Assembly: GCA_964016885.1 (NCBI GenBank)
Contig: OZ024740.1
Coordinates: 140,926,001-140,990,000 of the forward strand
Source of the DNA: Eledone cirrhosa
Lineage: Eukaryota
Length of the DNA stretch: 64,000 nucleotides
Reading direction: 5' to 3'
Of the stretch, positions 52,114 through 64,000 are shown in pieces. A model generated the notes under the pieces. That model made no database searches. It saw only the letters and a program-made list of their open reading frames with translations, and was not told the origin of the DNA. The number at the start of each line of letters is the position of its first letter. The first letter of the stretch is position 1. A program made the translations under genes and the position numbers.

Positions 52114-52556
52114 TATACATATACACACAAACCCAAACATGACCATCCATGGGCCCTGAAATTCTGAAGGAATCATAGGGGAGTTGTTGTGACATGTCTT
52201 GGGCATTTCAAACATGGAAGACTCCATCCCTCTGCATGTCTGAACACAATTTATTCTACAGAAAGAGAGGAAGAGAACTAGAAAGTGAGAAAGAGATATA
52301 GAGGAAGAAACAATACTACTACAGGATTAATAATTTATTTATTGACCACAAAATGATGAAATGCAAATTTGACCATGGTGGGATTATAACTTGGAGTGCA
52401 GAGAGTGAAAACGAATACACCAAATCATTCTATCTGATATTCTAACGACTCAGACAATTTGCTGCCTATACACACATACATATACTTGCATGTATCTCTC
52501 TCTCTCTGTTTGTGTGTGTGGCATGGAAAATGGACGTTAAACGATGATGATGATGA

Positions 52557-52599
<43 letters not shown>

Positions 52600-52690
52600 T
52601 ATTCTTATACAGTAGGTAATCAGTGAATTAATGATTATGTGCATCCTCCTTTCATTCATGTGTGAAAGAGGGAAGGAGTAGGTGAGAGAG

Positions 52691-52692
<2 letters not shown>

Positions 52693-52785
<93 letters not shown>
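52693..52785. repeat. (TG)n microsatellite
   Basis: Direct inspection. Confidence 0.95.
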
Positions 52786-52786
<1 letters not shown>

Positions 52787-53259
52787 GTGTATGTCTATTT
52801 GTGTCTAATGAGATGCACAGTTAATTAACAGAGACATTCTGTCGATGAAAATATTACGGCACCAAAATAACTTGATTACAGCACTCTATACAATTATATA
52901 TCTTCATGCTTTATGCTTTATATTGTAATTTGTGAATAATAGTGTTGTTGTTTATAGGTTTCCAATGGACCAGTCATTGGTTCACTGAGGTTTCTGATTG
53001 TGAGAAGGGTTGGAATTGGAATGGACTTCCATTGGTTTCACCAACAAGTGTTCCATTTAAGGCATTATTCACTGAGAGAGCCTCAGAAATAAGGAGCAAT
53101 ATCTGTGAAATATCATCATGCTAACAAGGGTTGGATGGGTTGTTGCAGACCAAATCAGTGATTAATTGCAGCTACTGACCTCTCAGATGGGCTGGGAACA
53201 ACATCCTTCACTCACTTGGAAAAGAATCAACACAATACAACAGCTGAGTTTAAATTATA

Positions 53260-53290
<31 letters not shown>

Positions 53291-54698
53291 TTGTATTAAC
53301 AGCTTGACTTATCCATGCATTGCCAATAGTTTCATATATATAAATATGTGTAACTCCTTGGGGCCTACATGTTTATGTTACACCATGTTTATGTTACACC
53401 ACTACCTGGCCTTTGGCTGTCTTTAGTAGAGTCTAGTATGTTCCAAGCATTTGGGAAGGACATTCATGATCCATTTTCTCCTCCTTCCTACTAGTTTTAG
53501 AGGCCCTAAACTAAATAGTAAAAAAAGTAAATGGAAGAGAAGAAAGAGGGACTATTTCATTATGTGTAATGATGCACATATCAGAAATGAAGGATTAATA
53601 GAGATGGTGAAATACTTGTAGTGAATGAAAAAAGAATGAACTGAATTAGATAGATTAGATGTCCAACAATAATTTTCAAGATATACTGAATGAAAAACTT
53701 ATAAGCTTGTATGTTTCAAGAGAGATAGACATTTTCATGTGGACAGTAAATGCATTAGGAGGATGATGCATGTTGGGATAAAAATAAAGGTCAAAAGCTA
53801 TTACAGCAAGTATATAACTAACCCAAAGAAAAAGAAATACATCATGAGGGAATAATTACATGAAATAATAGGATGTCAGATGTATAAGATGATTTACCAT
53901 AGAAAAACCTGATGTTAAATTGATGATAATCAGAATATTTTGAGTTTTCTTTCTTAACATTTTTTCTGTATTACTTTCCCTTACCAGTTCACCATCTCAA
54001 TTTCCTCCCACGTATGATAAGAAAACAAGTGGCCATGTATACAACATGAATTGGCAGAGTAGATAGAGCATAGAACAAAATGGCTGTGTTCAAATCTTGT
54101 TGAGGTTATATTTGCTTTTATCCTTTCAGCCCAGGGCAGTGAAAACAGAAAATTGTTAGATAGTCAGACAAGATGTCATGCCATATTTGTTTTGGCTTGT
54201 TACACTTTGCGTTGAAATTCTACTGTGGCCTACTTGGATAATAGACTTAATCTGTCATCTAGTAAAACACCACCACCTGTCTCTTGGATGTCTTTAGTGA
54301 AGTTAACTCTGTTGAAATCATTCGAGCCAGGTCTTCAGCTTCAAGATATCTTCCTCTCTTTCACCAATCTCAGAGGTCTTGGAAAGCGGTCATGGATACT
54401 GCCTTCCCCTCCCTGATTAAATAGTTTTATTTTAATATTGCCTTACATTAATTTAACACTAGTATGATTAAAATCAACTTTAAGGAGAATAAATTTAGTA
54501 AAAACATTGCAAATAATGATAACATTCTAAAATTTAAAAACAATTTCCCCACTGGAATCCTTAGATTTCCCTCTCAAATTAAGAATTGCAGCCCTATAAA
54601 TATAGTTTGGATAGAGATAAACTTTATCAAGTTGATTTGATTTATTTGCAGTGTATTATGGAAGGGAAAATAAATATAGATATGCTTGCATACATATG

Positions 54699-54734
<36 letters not shown>

Positions 54735-56428
54735 CACATACACACACACATACAGTCATATGCATATATATTAAAATCATTCAAATTGAGGTTAAGAGCA
54801 ATCAACCAACAGAAGGAAATGAAATCATTTAGCTTTTATTTGGACAAACATGTTACTGTTTACATCACACTGAATAAGCAGACACCCTTCTCTTCCAAAT
54901 TTGGTAAATGGCACCATATTTTCCCAATAAAGGGTTTGATTAATTCATTTTTGATTTCAAATTGATGTTTACAAATGTATAAATCTTATTTTACTAAGAT
55001 GACTAGTCTATTTTATTATTCTATTTTTGTATTTAGAAAGAAGGTTGAGCCAATATCCTAAAGCAAATAATATATTATTATTCTATTTAGGGCTTCAATT
55101 TGGCAGAGTTCTTAGTGCATCAGAAAGAATATGTTGTGCAACTTATTTCAACTCTCAGCACTCTGGTGAACTGACCAACAGAGACCCTTTGCAACATTCT
55201 TCACAACAATTCTTTATTTTTTGTTACTTATTCAGAATGCATCTCAAGGAGTTACACATGTTTATGTCTATGAAACCATTGGCAATGGATATTTTCACCA
55301 CAACTGCATTGCAGTGGCTTTCAAACCTCCCAGTTTTCATATTCCACAATGCTTCAAATAAACTTCAGTACACTCTTATATGTATGTATGTATACACACA
55401 TACATATGTATATATCATCATCAACATTATCATCATTTTATGTCCATTTTTTGCATGCTTGCATGGGTTGGACAGATCCTTTCTATCACAACCCCACTGT
55501 ACTTGTTATGTTCCTTTATCATCACCTCTGTTACATTCAGCCTATGACCTTTTTAGAGCTTCCAACAAAGGGAAGAGGAATGGAGGAAGTTATATTCAGA
55601 CAGGAGACCTGGCCTGACAACCTGCAACAGAGTGGACCCCACAACGGTACTCATGGCTCAGGTAGTGGTTTTAAACTGAAAATTGAGCAACAGATTATGT
55701 CTTGCTATATATTTTCAAACAGTTCTGATTGTTGGGTAAAAGCCAATCTACAAAGCTAAAAAACGCCCTTGCATCCTCCCTCTCACGAAAATAAAAAGAA
55801 TAAAAACAACATAAATATATATATATATATATATATATATTTATCTTGAAATAGCAACTGGCAAGTTTCAGCATATAAAAACCTAATGCATTTTTAAAAC
55901 CTATCTTTATTAATATTCACGGTCAGATATTATTAAAAGAACAAAACCTATTTTTAACATAAAACTAATCGCATTTTGTCTCTAAAACAGACTTGCCAGT
56001 TTTAGGTGCTTAATTTGCACAATGCACATATTGCTACACATCAACAACTTAAAAAGGATACAGACAATAAAAAAGAATAGTTCAAATGTATTTTCTTTTT
56101 TATCTCTGCTGATGTCAGTTCAAAATCAAAAGGCTAGGAGAATCCATTATGCAAGATTTTGGAATATTATGAAAAAAAAGAGGAAGTTAATTACTGAATC
56201 AGAATGTATTTTAAGTTAGGGAATGAAAAATGAAAAGAAGAAAATCAAGTTTATGGTCTATTATAGTTTAAAACCAATTAAATGCATATGAAAAGATATT
56301 AAAAATTTGTTTCTCCCATCTCCATGTAAATAAGTATGTGTATAAGACACACACACACACAGCTATGTGTATATATATGTTAAACAACAACACAAGGCCA
56401 GGCTGGAAAATTTGTTTTAGAAATTTAA

Positions 56429-56579
56429 TTCCGTGAAATCACTATACATATTTCAATGGCCTAGCTCCATCCTCCAATTACGATGCAAGACAGGACGATC
56501 TCGTCAGGCGACATAATAATTGCATCATAATTGGATGATGGAGCTAGGCCATTGAAATATGTATAGTGATTTCACAGAA
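56429..56579. repeat. 60-bp inverted repeat, probably a decayed Penelope pLTR/hammerhead pair
   Basis: Arms 56429-56488 / 56520-56579; tggatga-tgg-agctagg-cca-t-tGAAA layout. Confidence 0.7.
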
Positions 56580-56743
56580 GTAAAAATTCTCCATTCCTGC
56601 ATCAACCACCAGATACCACATCTATGATGGATGACTTGCATAATGTTGAGTGCTTTGATTGATTTGTTACATCATGGTTTACCAACTAGAACCACTAGTT
56701 CTACTCATTGGTAATCAAACTAACTTAATGAGTTTTTAATATA

Positions 56744-56927
56744 ATTATTAAGGCCAGTTACTAAAATGGAGCCAATCCAGGAATGTACCTTTTGTTGGTC
56801 TGGAGGACCAACTTTTTCAACCTATGCTGGTGGAAAGGAACAGGCATAGGTTGAAAAAGTTGGTCCTCCAGATCACAGAAACATACATTCCTAATATGGC
56901 TCCATTGTAGTAACTGGCCTTAATAAT
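56744..56927. repeat. 84-bp inverted repeat with an internal hairpin in hammerhead-like layout
   Basis: Arms 56744-56827 / 56844-56927; TTGAAAA-a-gttggtc-ctcca-ga(c/t)ca(ac)-GAAAC. Confidence 0.7.
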
Positions 56928-57139
56928 CATATATATATATAGTTTACAGGTGTGTAACATTTAGTTACTAACGGTTCCCTATTTTGAGCACTCAATGCCA
57001 ATATGGGCCCAGTTGCTGATGTAGTATTCTATGTTTGGTATTACACCATAGTCAGTATACTTCAGAAGTAGAATGTTAATAATATTAATAATAAGGAGAA
57101 GGAATGAAGTATCAATATAGTATCATTATGTTTATTTAC

Positions 57140-57225
57140 ATGTGACACTTGTTTCATGATTGATCAACTCAAGGTACAATCGGTATTGATCACACCCAAC
57201 TCTATAATCGATAGCTCATCAGGAT
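57140..57225 (-). ncRNA. Hammerhead-like motif with long stem II
   Basis: Minus strand CTGATGAG...imperfect hairpin...GAAAC-aagt-GTC; stem I is not supported. Confidence 0.4.
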
Positions 57226-58954
57226 TCTCTAATGAATGTAGATATTCCTCAAAATTCTTCATTTACTAATTGAAATAAAGTATATTTCATTAGAAATATG
57301 AGCATTGAAAGTAAGAGTTATTGTCACCTCACTTAACTGTCACTGGTATTAACTTTGGAGAAGTTGGAAAAAAATTGTTTTTCTTTGAATTCAAGGGAGA
57401 ATACAATGTTATATGAAATTAAGGGCAATTTGTATGTCATCAGTGAGAAGGGGAGAACATAATAACAATGGTGGGAGGAAAAAATAATATAGAAAAATGA
57501 GAGAAAGAGAAAAAGGGGAAAAAAGAAAAAAAGAAAGATAAAGAATTGCCTGTGAATTTATATAATTGTCTGTGTATTTATATAATTTTAATTGAGTGAA
57601 GATAGTATTTTCCAATTGCATAATAGATGTCTTTTAAAGTGCCTGTGTTTTCTGAATATCTCTGGTAAAATCTTGGTTATGAACATTTTTTTAAAAGATA
57701 TTTCTACTGTGTATAGATGACACCTTTTCCTTCCAATTTTGTAGTGCACTTGTATTGATTTATAAATAAAAATACATTGTTCTACATCTCTGTATTAAAT
57801 ACAATATATATTTTAATATTTTTGCTATTATTTTCCAAGCATGATATTATACACCTACGCTCTATTGTATGTCAAAACATCATTCAAACGATTTGTGATA
57901 CACAGATACAATATGCATATCAATATTAAGAAACTGAGTTAGGCTAGTAAAGAAAGTATTGCCTCAATGCTGGTGCAGCCCTCTCTCCCGTCAGCTGTCA
58001 CATATTGGATGTTCTGCTAGATCAAAGGCTGGAGCATCGAGATAGTGTCTATCTCTGCTTATGACTACATGGGCATCTAAAACCCTTAGCAAAACATGAT
58101 ACATACTACAAAGCTATACTCAAATTCAGCTCAATAGAATTTGAAAAGCTGTGAATGGACATCCATGGTAGGAGTGACATGGTCTTCATTTGTTGAGTTA
58201 CCTAAGGTATATTCACTGTGAGCAGGGCTGGTGCTTGGGTATTCAGCACCCTTGATTACCTCTACAATGTGCACTCTCTTTTCACAAATAAAATAATTTT
58301 AGTTTACACTTTGGTGACATTTGTTTCTCTGACTACACTAAGAAAATTACTAAGCCTGCATTTTCCACTACCCATGCCAAATCATGTAACATGTCATAAC
58401 ATCATACTACACACCATTGCTTTGGATAGCTCAACAATGCTGCTATGCGGTAAATATATTTAGTGATAAATTTATTGATTGCAAGAAATTCTTATATATT
58501 TCATTTAATTATACAAAGTTATCTAAAACTATGATCCTTTAATATTCAGTAATGCATCCCTCTGAGCTCTGCACCCTTGATGGTCGCCTATTTGGCTCTA
58601 ATGGTATCACTGGACCTACAGGGTTTATATAATGTCTTCAGTGATGCTTCAAAGGATACCTATAAATTGTGTGATTCACCACTACAGTATCCTGTTTTGA
58701 AATAATGTAGAAAATGGAACAGAAGTTTATTAGCATACCTTCAAGATACACTTGTATGGTAATGCAATAGATCAGTAGTATAATAGTGTATGTATGTGGC
58801 AGGGTGTTTACTCCTGATGATGTCACAGAGGCACTGTCATAACATATATGATTTGGGCATTTATAAATCTGATGGAGTCCATTCCTCTCCAGAGAGGGAG
58901 AGAAAGACAGTGAGCGAAAGAAAGAAGGTGAGAAAGAGAAATGGATAAGGAATC

Positions 58955-59725
58955 AACCCAACTACTGGATTGGTACTTTATTTATTGACCTCAAAAGATG
59001 AAAGGTAAAGTTGACCTTGGCAGGATTTGAATGCAGGGAGCCAGAACAAATACCACAATATATTCTCTCCAATGTTCTAACAACTCTACCAATTTGTTAT
59101 CTAAGTACAATAGTAGCACATCTTATACAAGAACAGGAGTATACCACAAGCAATTAAGGGAGTCTTGACATAGTCGTTTAATCTACTAGAAATAGTAGCC
59201 AAATCTCCATGAAACTATACCTTACTGCTTATAAAAAGGTGGAACAAATTGCATAAATATAGTCCAAGATAAACTGTCTGAAAAATAACAGGATAGTTAT
59301 GGTTTAAATCCCTTTGATCATATATCTGCTTGATCAAGATTGACCTGTGGGTTCAACCACAACAGTAGTACAGTAGATAGCATATCTTGAAGTACATCAT
59401 TCATCCATTGAAATATTTTATCTTGTTTAGGCCAGAGTCAGCTTTGATTGAACAGGCATGATTGCTGTAATGTCTGTTGTACTTCCCAAGTTGACAAATT
59501 GCCAAAAGTAACATGTCATTAGAGTCTCATATGAGATGCCTCTGTATTTGTTCTGGCCTTCTGCTTTGAGTTTAAATCCTACCAAGGTAAATTTTGCCTT
59601 TAATCCCTTTGAGGCTGATAAATAAAGTATCAATCCAGAGGCAGTAGATTGGCAGAATTCTGAAAGACTCGCACAAGATGTTTTGTGGTATCAGTTCTAG
59701 CTCTGTACATTCTGAGTTCAAATCC
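58955..59725. mobile_element. Cluster of degenerate SINE family A copies (58955-59100 minus; 59490-59632 and 59640-59728 plus)
   Basis: gatgaaaggtaaagttgaccttggcaggatttgaa and gagtttaaatcc...gataaataaagta cores. Confidence 0.6.
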
Positions 59726-62049
59726 AGCCTCTTGCTACCAAAAAAAGCAGTAACATTACCCCTTTCCCAGAGGCAGGCCTTTCATTGGTAATAATTGGCC
59801 CCTAAAAAGTGATCATGGGCATTCTCAAATACCAACTGAAATATGTTTCTGATGTTTTATCATCTGCTGTATACAGAAATAAGGATAAGATGTCTCTTGA
59901 TTTTAAAAGAAAGGAAATTATAACACAGCATGCTCTTCATATCCTTCTTGTAGATGGATATAAATTAGACATTTGGAGGGAATTAAAGCAGCTTCAATTG
60001 AGAACTGAAATTGTGTTGCAGATTCAACAGCCCAGTATTTGAATTTCAATTTAAGTATTTAATTATCTCTTCCTTTTTTTTTAAATAAGACATCATCATC
60101 TCTCTTGAGTTAAATATAATTGCAGGAGGGGATAGATGGTGGTTGGCAGATAGACTAGATGGGTAGTTGGAAGGAATAATAGAATAATACATTATTATTT
60201 TGTCACGTATTGGAAATGAAGAAATCAAGCTGTTAGGGGGCTTTAAAGATTGTAGAACAGAAATCTATTCAGTATTCTGCCAGTCATCATTGTATAAAGG
60301 GAAATCATCATGTGTGGCAATCTATTTTAGTTTGTGGCTATTTAGAGGAAATGAAAAATAAAATCATGCGAGAATATAGTGCTTCCAAATAAATTGAATG
60401 TAATATAATGTTTGTGGAGTTGAATTTATTTATTGAAAGGTGTATTTATTGAAAGGTGTATTTAGTGCAAGATGGCTATTTTGTATGGCGACAAATGTAA
60501 AACAAAATAGTATTGAATTGAAATAATAAAAAAAAAATTAATGAGTTGTAGCAAATTAAATTTTAAATGTCTCCAAAACCTCAAGGGTTTCATAAAGGTT
60601 ATTTGTTGTTATTGCCTTTTGTTGTTTTATGGCTCACATATTGAGGAGGATAGGATAGTAGTATAAGGAAAATGAAGTAACATTTCCAAAACATCTGGTA
60701 TTTATTTATTCTTGACAGGTAAGTGAACTGAAGTACAAGCAATATTTGCTCTAATTTTTCTCAACCAACAAATGGAAGATTCAATGCTTTGAGCAAAAAT
60801 ACTTTAACACCCTGTAACGATTCAGCAGAAAATATCTTTACTAGTGGACAGATTATTATGAAAATTTGTAGTTTCAAACTAAAGACTAATTTTTAATGCA
60901 GTCTTAGTATCATGTTATATTTCTCAAGAATGTCTTGTTAATGCAGTTTCACATGGTACAGGGTATTAGGAGTTAGGTTCAAGCTACTGCATGGTAACAT
61001 TTTGATATGAGCAGCAATATTCTGATGTGTAGTGCAACATGTTGATGTATGTGGCAACGTTTTCATATTTGCAGCACCAATATGGTGACTGCAGAAATAT
61101 GCACTTATACTATTTAGAAGGTATATTGGGCACATGTATTACTAAATGCATGACTAAAATGTTGTGTAGTATTTAGTTACTTCTTTCTCTTTCATTCTGA
61201 ATTCTAAACCTCCCAGGGCAGGATATTTAGCTGCTATTTTAACCATTTTGAGCAAATGTGTGGATGCTCCTTAGTATGATAAAGTGAACTGAAAATTTTT
61301 GGCATCAATTAAGGGCATGGCATAAGTTTGGGTAATCTTTGAGTATAAGTTGCTACATCCATTTTGTTTGACAAAATGGAAGACATATATTTAAAATAAA
61401 TCTAATTTTTTCTAAAACTATACCCATTTATTTATACAATAAGCAAATGGTCAAAGTACAATAAAATGTTTCAAGAATTCTGGTTAACAGACCCACAATT
61501 TCTAAAATTGTAAAATACTAAAAGTAATAAAGTTTTATGTAAAGTGTGCAATGTTGAAATCCATCCATGGGACCTTAACTCAGGATCGAGTTGTAGGTGC
61601 ACTCTTGTGACATTTAAACCTGGTGGAACCCATCCCTGATTTCTTCCAGAGAAATAGAGAGGGGGAGAGTGCAAGGTAGCAGTGAGAAAGAGATATAGAG
61701 GAAGAATTGACCTTAGTATTGAAATAGTGCTTTATTTATTGACCTCGATGGGATTTGAACTTAGAGTGCAGAAAGCCAGAAAAAATACAGCAAAGCATTC
61801 TAGTTGACATTGTAAAGACTCTGACACTTCGCCATCTTAATAATGAATACATGCTAGCAAAACTGTTTTAATGAAGCATGCTTCTTCAGCATATACAGGG
61901 TTTTGTAATAAACTTAAATCCACAACAAACTATCTAAACATTATTTTTTCATTAGCAAAATAACAACATAATAATTACAGTTAGCACCATTTGTAAATTG
62001 TCATGCAAGTATTTCTAGTGTCAATCATTTAGGAGAACTTATTAATAAA

Positions 62050-62220
62050 AGGGGAAGGCAGCAAATTAGCAAAATCATTTTTAGATCATCAAATAGAATT
62101 CTTTATGGCATTCATTCTAGCTCTCTTCATTCAGTGTTCAAATCCCATTGAGGTCAACTTTGCCTTTCATTCTTTTGAGGTTGATAAAAAAAAAGTACCT
62201 GTCCAGTATTGGGGCAATTT
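62050..62220 (+). mobile_element. SINE family A copy
   Basis: gttcaaatcccattgaggtcaactttgcctttcattc core. Confidence 0.65.
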
Positions 62221-62894
62221 TTCCTCTATATCTCTTTTTCACATCTCTGAAAGAAATTGGGTGTGTTTAGACCTGGAGAAGGGATGGGTTCTGCCAGGTA
62301 TAAAATGTCCAAGAAATGCACTTATGACTCCACCATAAGTTACAGGTCCATACATATATACATTAATGAATGAATTCCTTCATCCTCAATTGCAGTTGAT
62401 TTTGTAAATAGAACAAAATGCATGGCATTAATAAAAAATGTTATTGCTTCCATCATTACCGAAATAACAAATTGAAGACACAAGTAAAAGTCAGTTCTCC
62501 TTAATATTGAACATGAGATCTTTGATGCTGCTTATAAAAAGCTCATGTGTGTTAGATACTGCAATAAATGGCAAAATAAAATTGTATCATAGTTTTTAAG
62601 GTTAATTCCTGTCTAAAAGCTTTAGCTGAAGTGTAACAAGTGGATATTAATAGTAAAAACTATTTTGGTGGTGCAACAGGGAGCTTCAAACCTTTGTGGC
62701 ATTAATAATTCCCTTTCTATATATTAATGATATTAAATAATCCAAATTTGATTCTCATGAAATGCATTTGACATACTCTCCAAGAGAAATTTACAAATGG
62801 TTCCACAATCAATATGAAATCCATTAAGGAGTCTGCGAAGCAAACCTCTGCTTTAGCAGGAAAAATGACCTCAAAATGATTGTTGGTAATATTA

Positions 62895-63048
62895 TTGTTT
62901 CTTCTAATTCTAGGGATGTAATACAGTGTTAACTGTTCACTACCAGTGAACTGAGGTAACATCCGTTATTTTTCAAGTACCCTCTGGAGTATTCAAGCTG
63001 TTCTAAGCAATGCTATTTTTTGAAAGTGTTTCATCCGTATTGCAATCC
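62895..63048 (-). mobile_element. Dong/R4-clade LINE 3' tip
   Basis: HFQKIALLRTA*ILQRVLEK, abutting (TAA)n. Confidence 0.6.
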
Positions 63049-63081
63049 TTTATTATTATTATTATTGTTATTATTATTATT

Positions 63082-63240
63082 AGGGTGATGTATTGGCAGT
63101 ATTGATAGAGTGTTGGGTAACATGCTGGGTTCAAAGGTTAGCTTTGCCTTTCATCCTTACTGGGGTCAATTTAATCGATTTCCTCTCTCCCAAAATTGTT
63201 GGTCTTGTGCCTAAATCTGAAACCATTATTATTACTATTT
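63082..63240 (+). mobile_element. SINE family A copy
   Basis: gggtgatgtattggcag head, ctttgcctttcatccttactggggtc core, ATT tail. Confidence 0.7.
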
Positions 63241-64000
63241 TTTTGACAGTTCCATGCAAACTTCTATTTAGTACATTGCTTTAATGCATTGGTTTTATTT
63301 ACTACTACTACTATCACCACCACCACCACCATCATCACCACAAGCTAATAGTTGTACTGTAAACTCTTTGTTCACAGTTCATGCAACAAGGTTGCTTATT
63401 GCATTACATGAATATTGAGGTGGGGGGGGGGTTGAGAGATTTATAATAGTAGAGATATGGCAATACTCTGTTGAAATATCAATTACTATGAAATAATCTG
63501 AGATTAATTAATTATCAGATTCATTGACTGCTGAAAATCCAATATTATACACCAAGGTAACAATAAACAAGGCTACTGAAAATAATGAAATTAATAGCAT
63601 GGCCTAATTTAACCAGTTTCAATTAATCTATGGTATGTCATAGGTGCTAAAATGAAAAAAACAAAACAAAAGAAGAAAACAAAAATAATATCAAAGTACT
63701 AACATATGCATTGGTATGCTTCAGTAAATCCACATCAACACTAGAGAGTTTATTAACCAGTCTATTGTTAAGACTGTTAGTGTGAATAGAGAGGTGTGAG
63801 AGAGAGAGTGTGTGTGAGAATGAGAGAGTATGTATTAGTATTTCATATGCTGAGAGAAAAAGAAAAAGGCCTCTTTCCTTCAGCCATAACTGACCATGGA
63901 TTATGCACCTATGACTGACAGAAAACAGGTTTGCCTCACAAGCCTGGGCAGAGTGTTTTTTGTAGAATATCAGCAGTTGCCCATGTATGCAAGTATCCCC

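Noticed and set aside
59809-60042. 77-aa ORF with protein-like composition
   Set aside because: No recognisable motif; may be a decayed transposon, cannot be supported

Overview
AT-rich, repeat-dominated animal genomic DNA. The SINE/LINE repertoire and the (TA)n/(TGA)n microsatellite style suggest an octopod cephalopod; this is inference. No host protein-coding exon could be supported, so the window looks intronic or intergenic. It holds three near-full-length RTE-clade LINEs on the minus strand (about 7578-11720, 26581-30600, 45001-48590), one with an intact 1039-aa APE-RT ORF. All three carry a C4HC3 PHD-type finger inserted inside the RT domain. Also present: a 5'-truncated L1/Tx1 LINE with the intact RTE nested in its 3' UTR, fragments of Dong/R4, CRE, zinc-finger RTE and Naiad-like Penelope elements, many tRNA-derived SINEs (one family shares its tail with the intact RTE), hAT and piggyBac-type MITEs, Helitron-like elements and long microsatellites. 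Most interesting signals: (1) one RTE family has a 3' UTR segment complementary to its own probable start-codon region, plus a chimeric mini-copy joined exactly at that helix; (2) several short palindromic elements carry hammerhead-ribozyme-like cores in their arms (Penelope pLTR-like); (3) the PHD finger inside RT together with an apparent (TA)n insertion preference.
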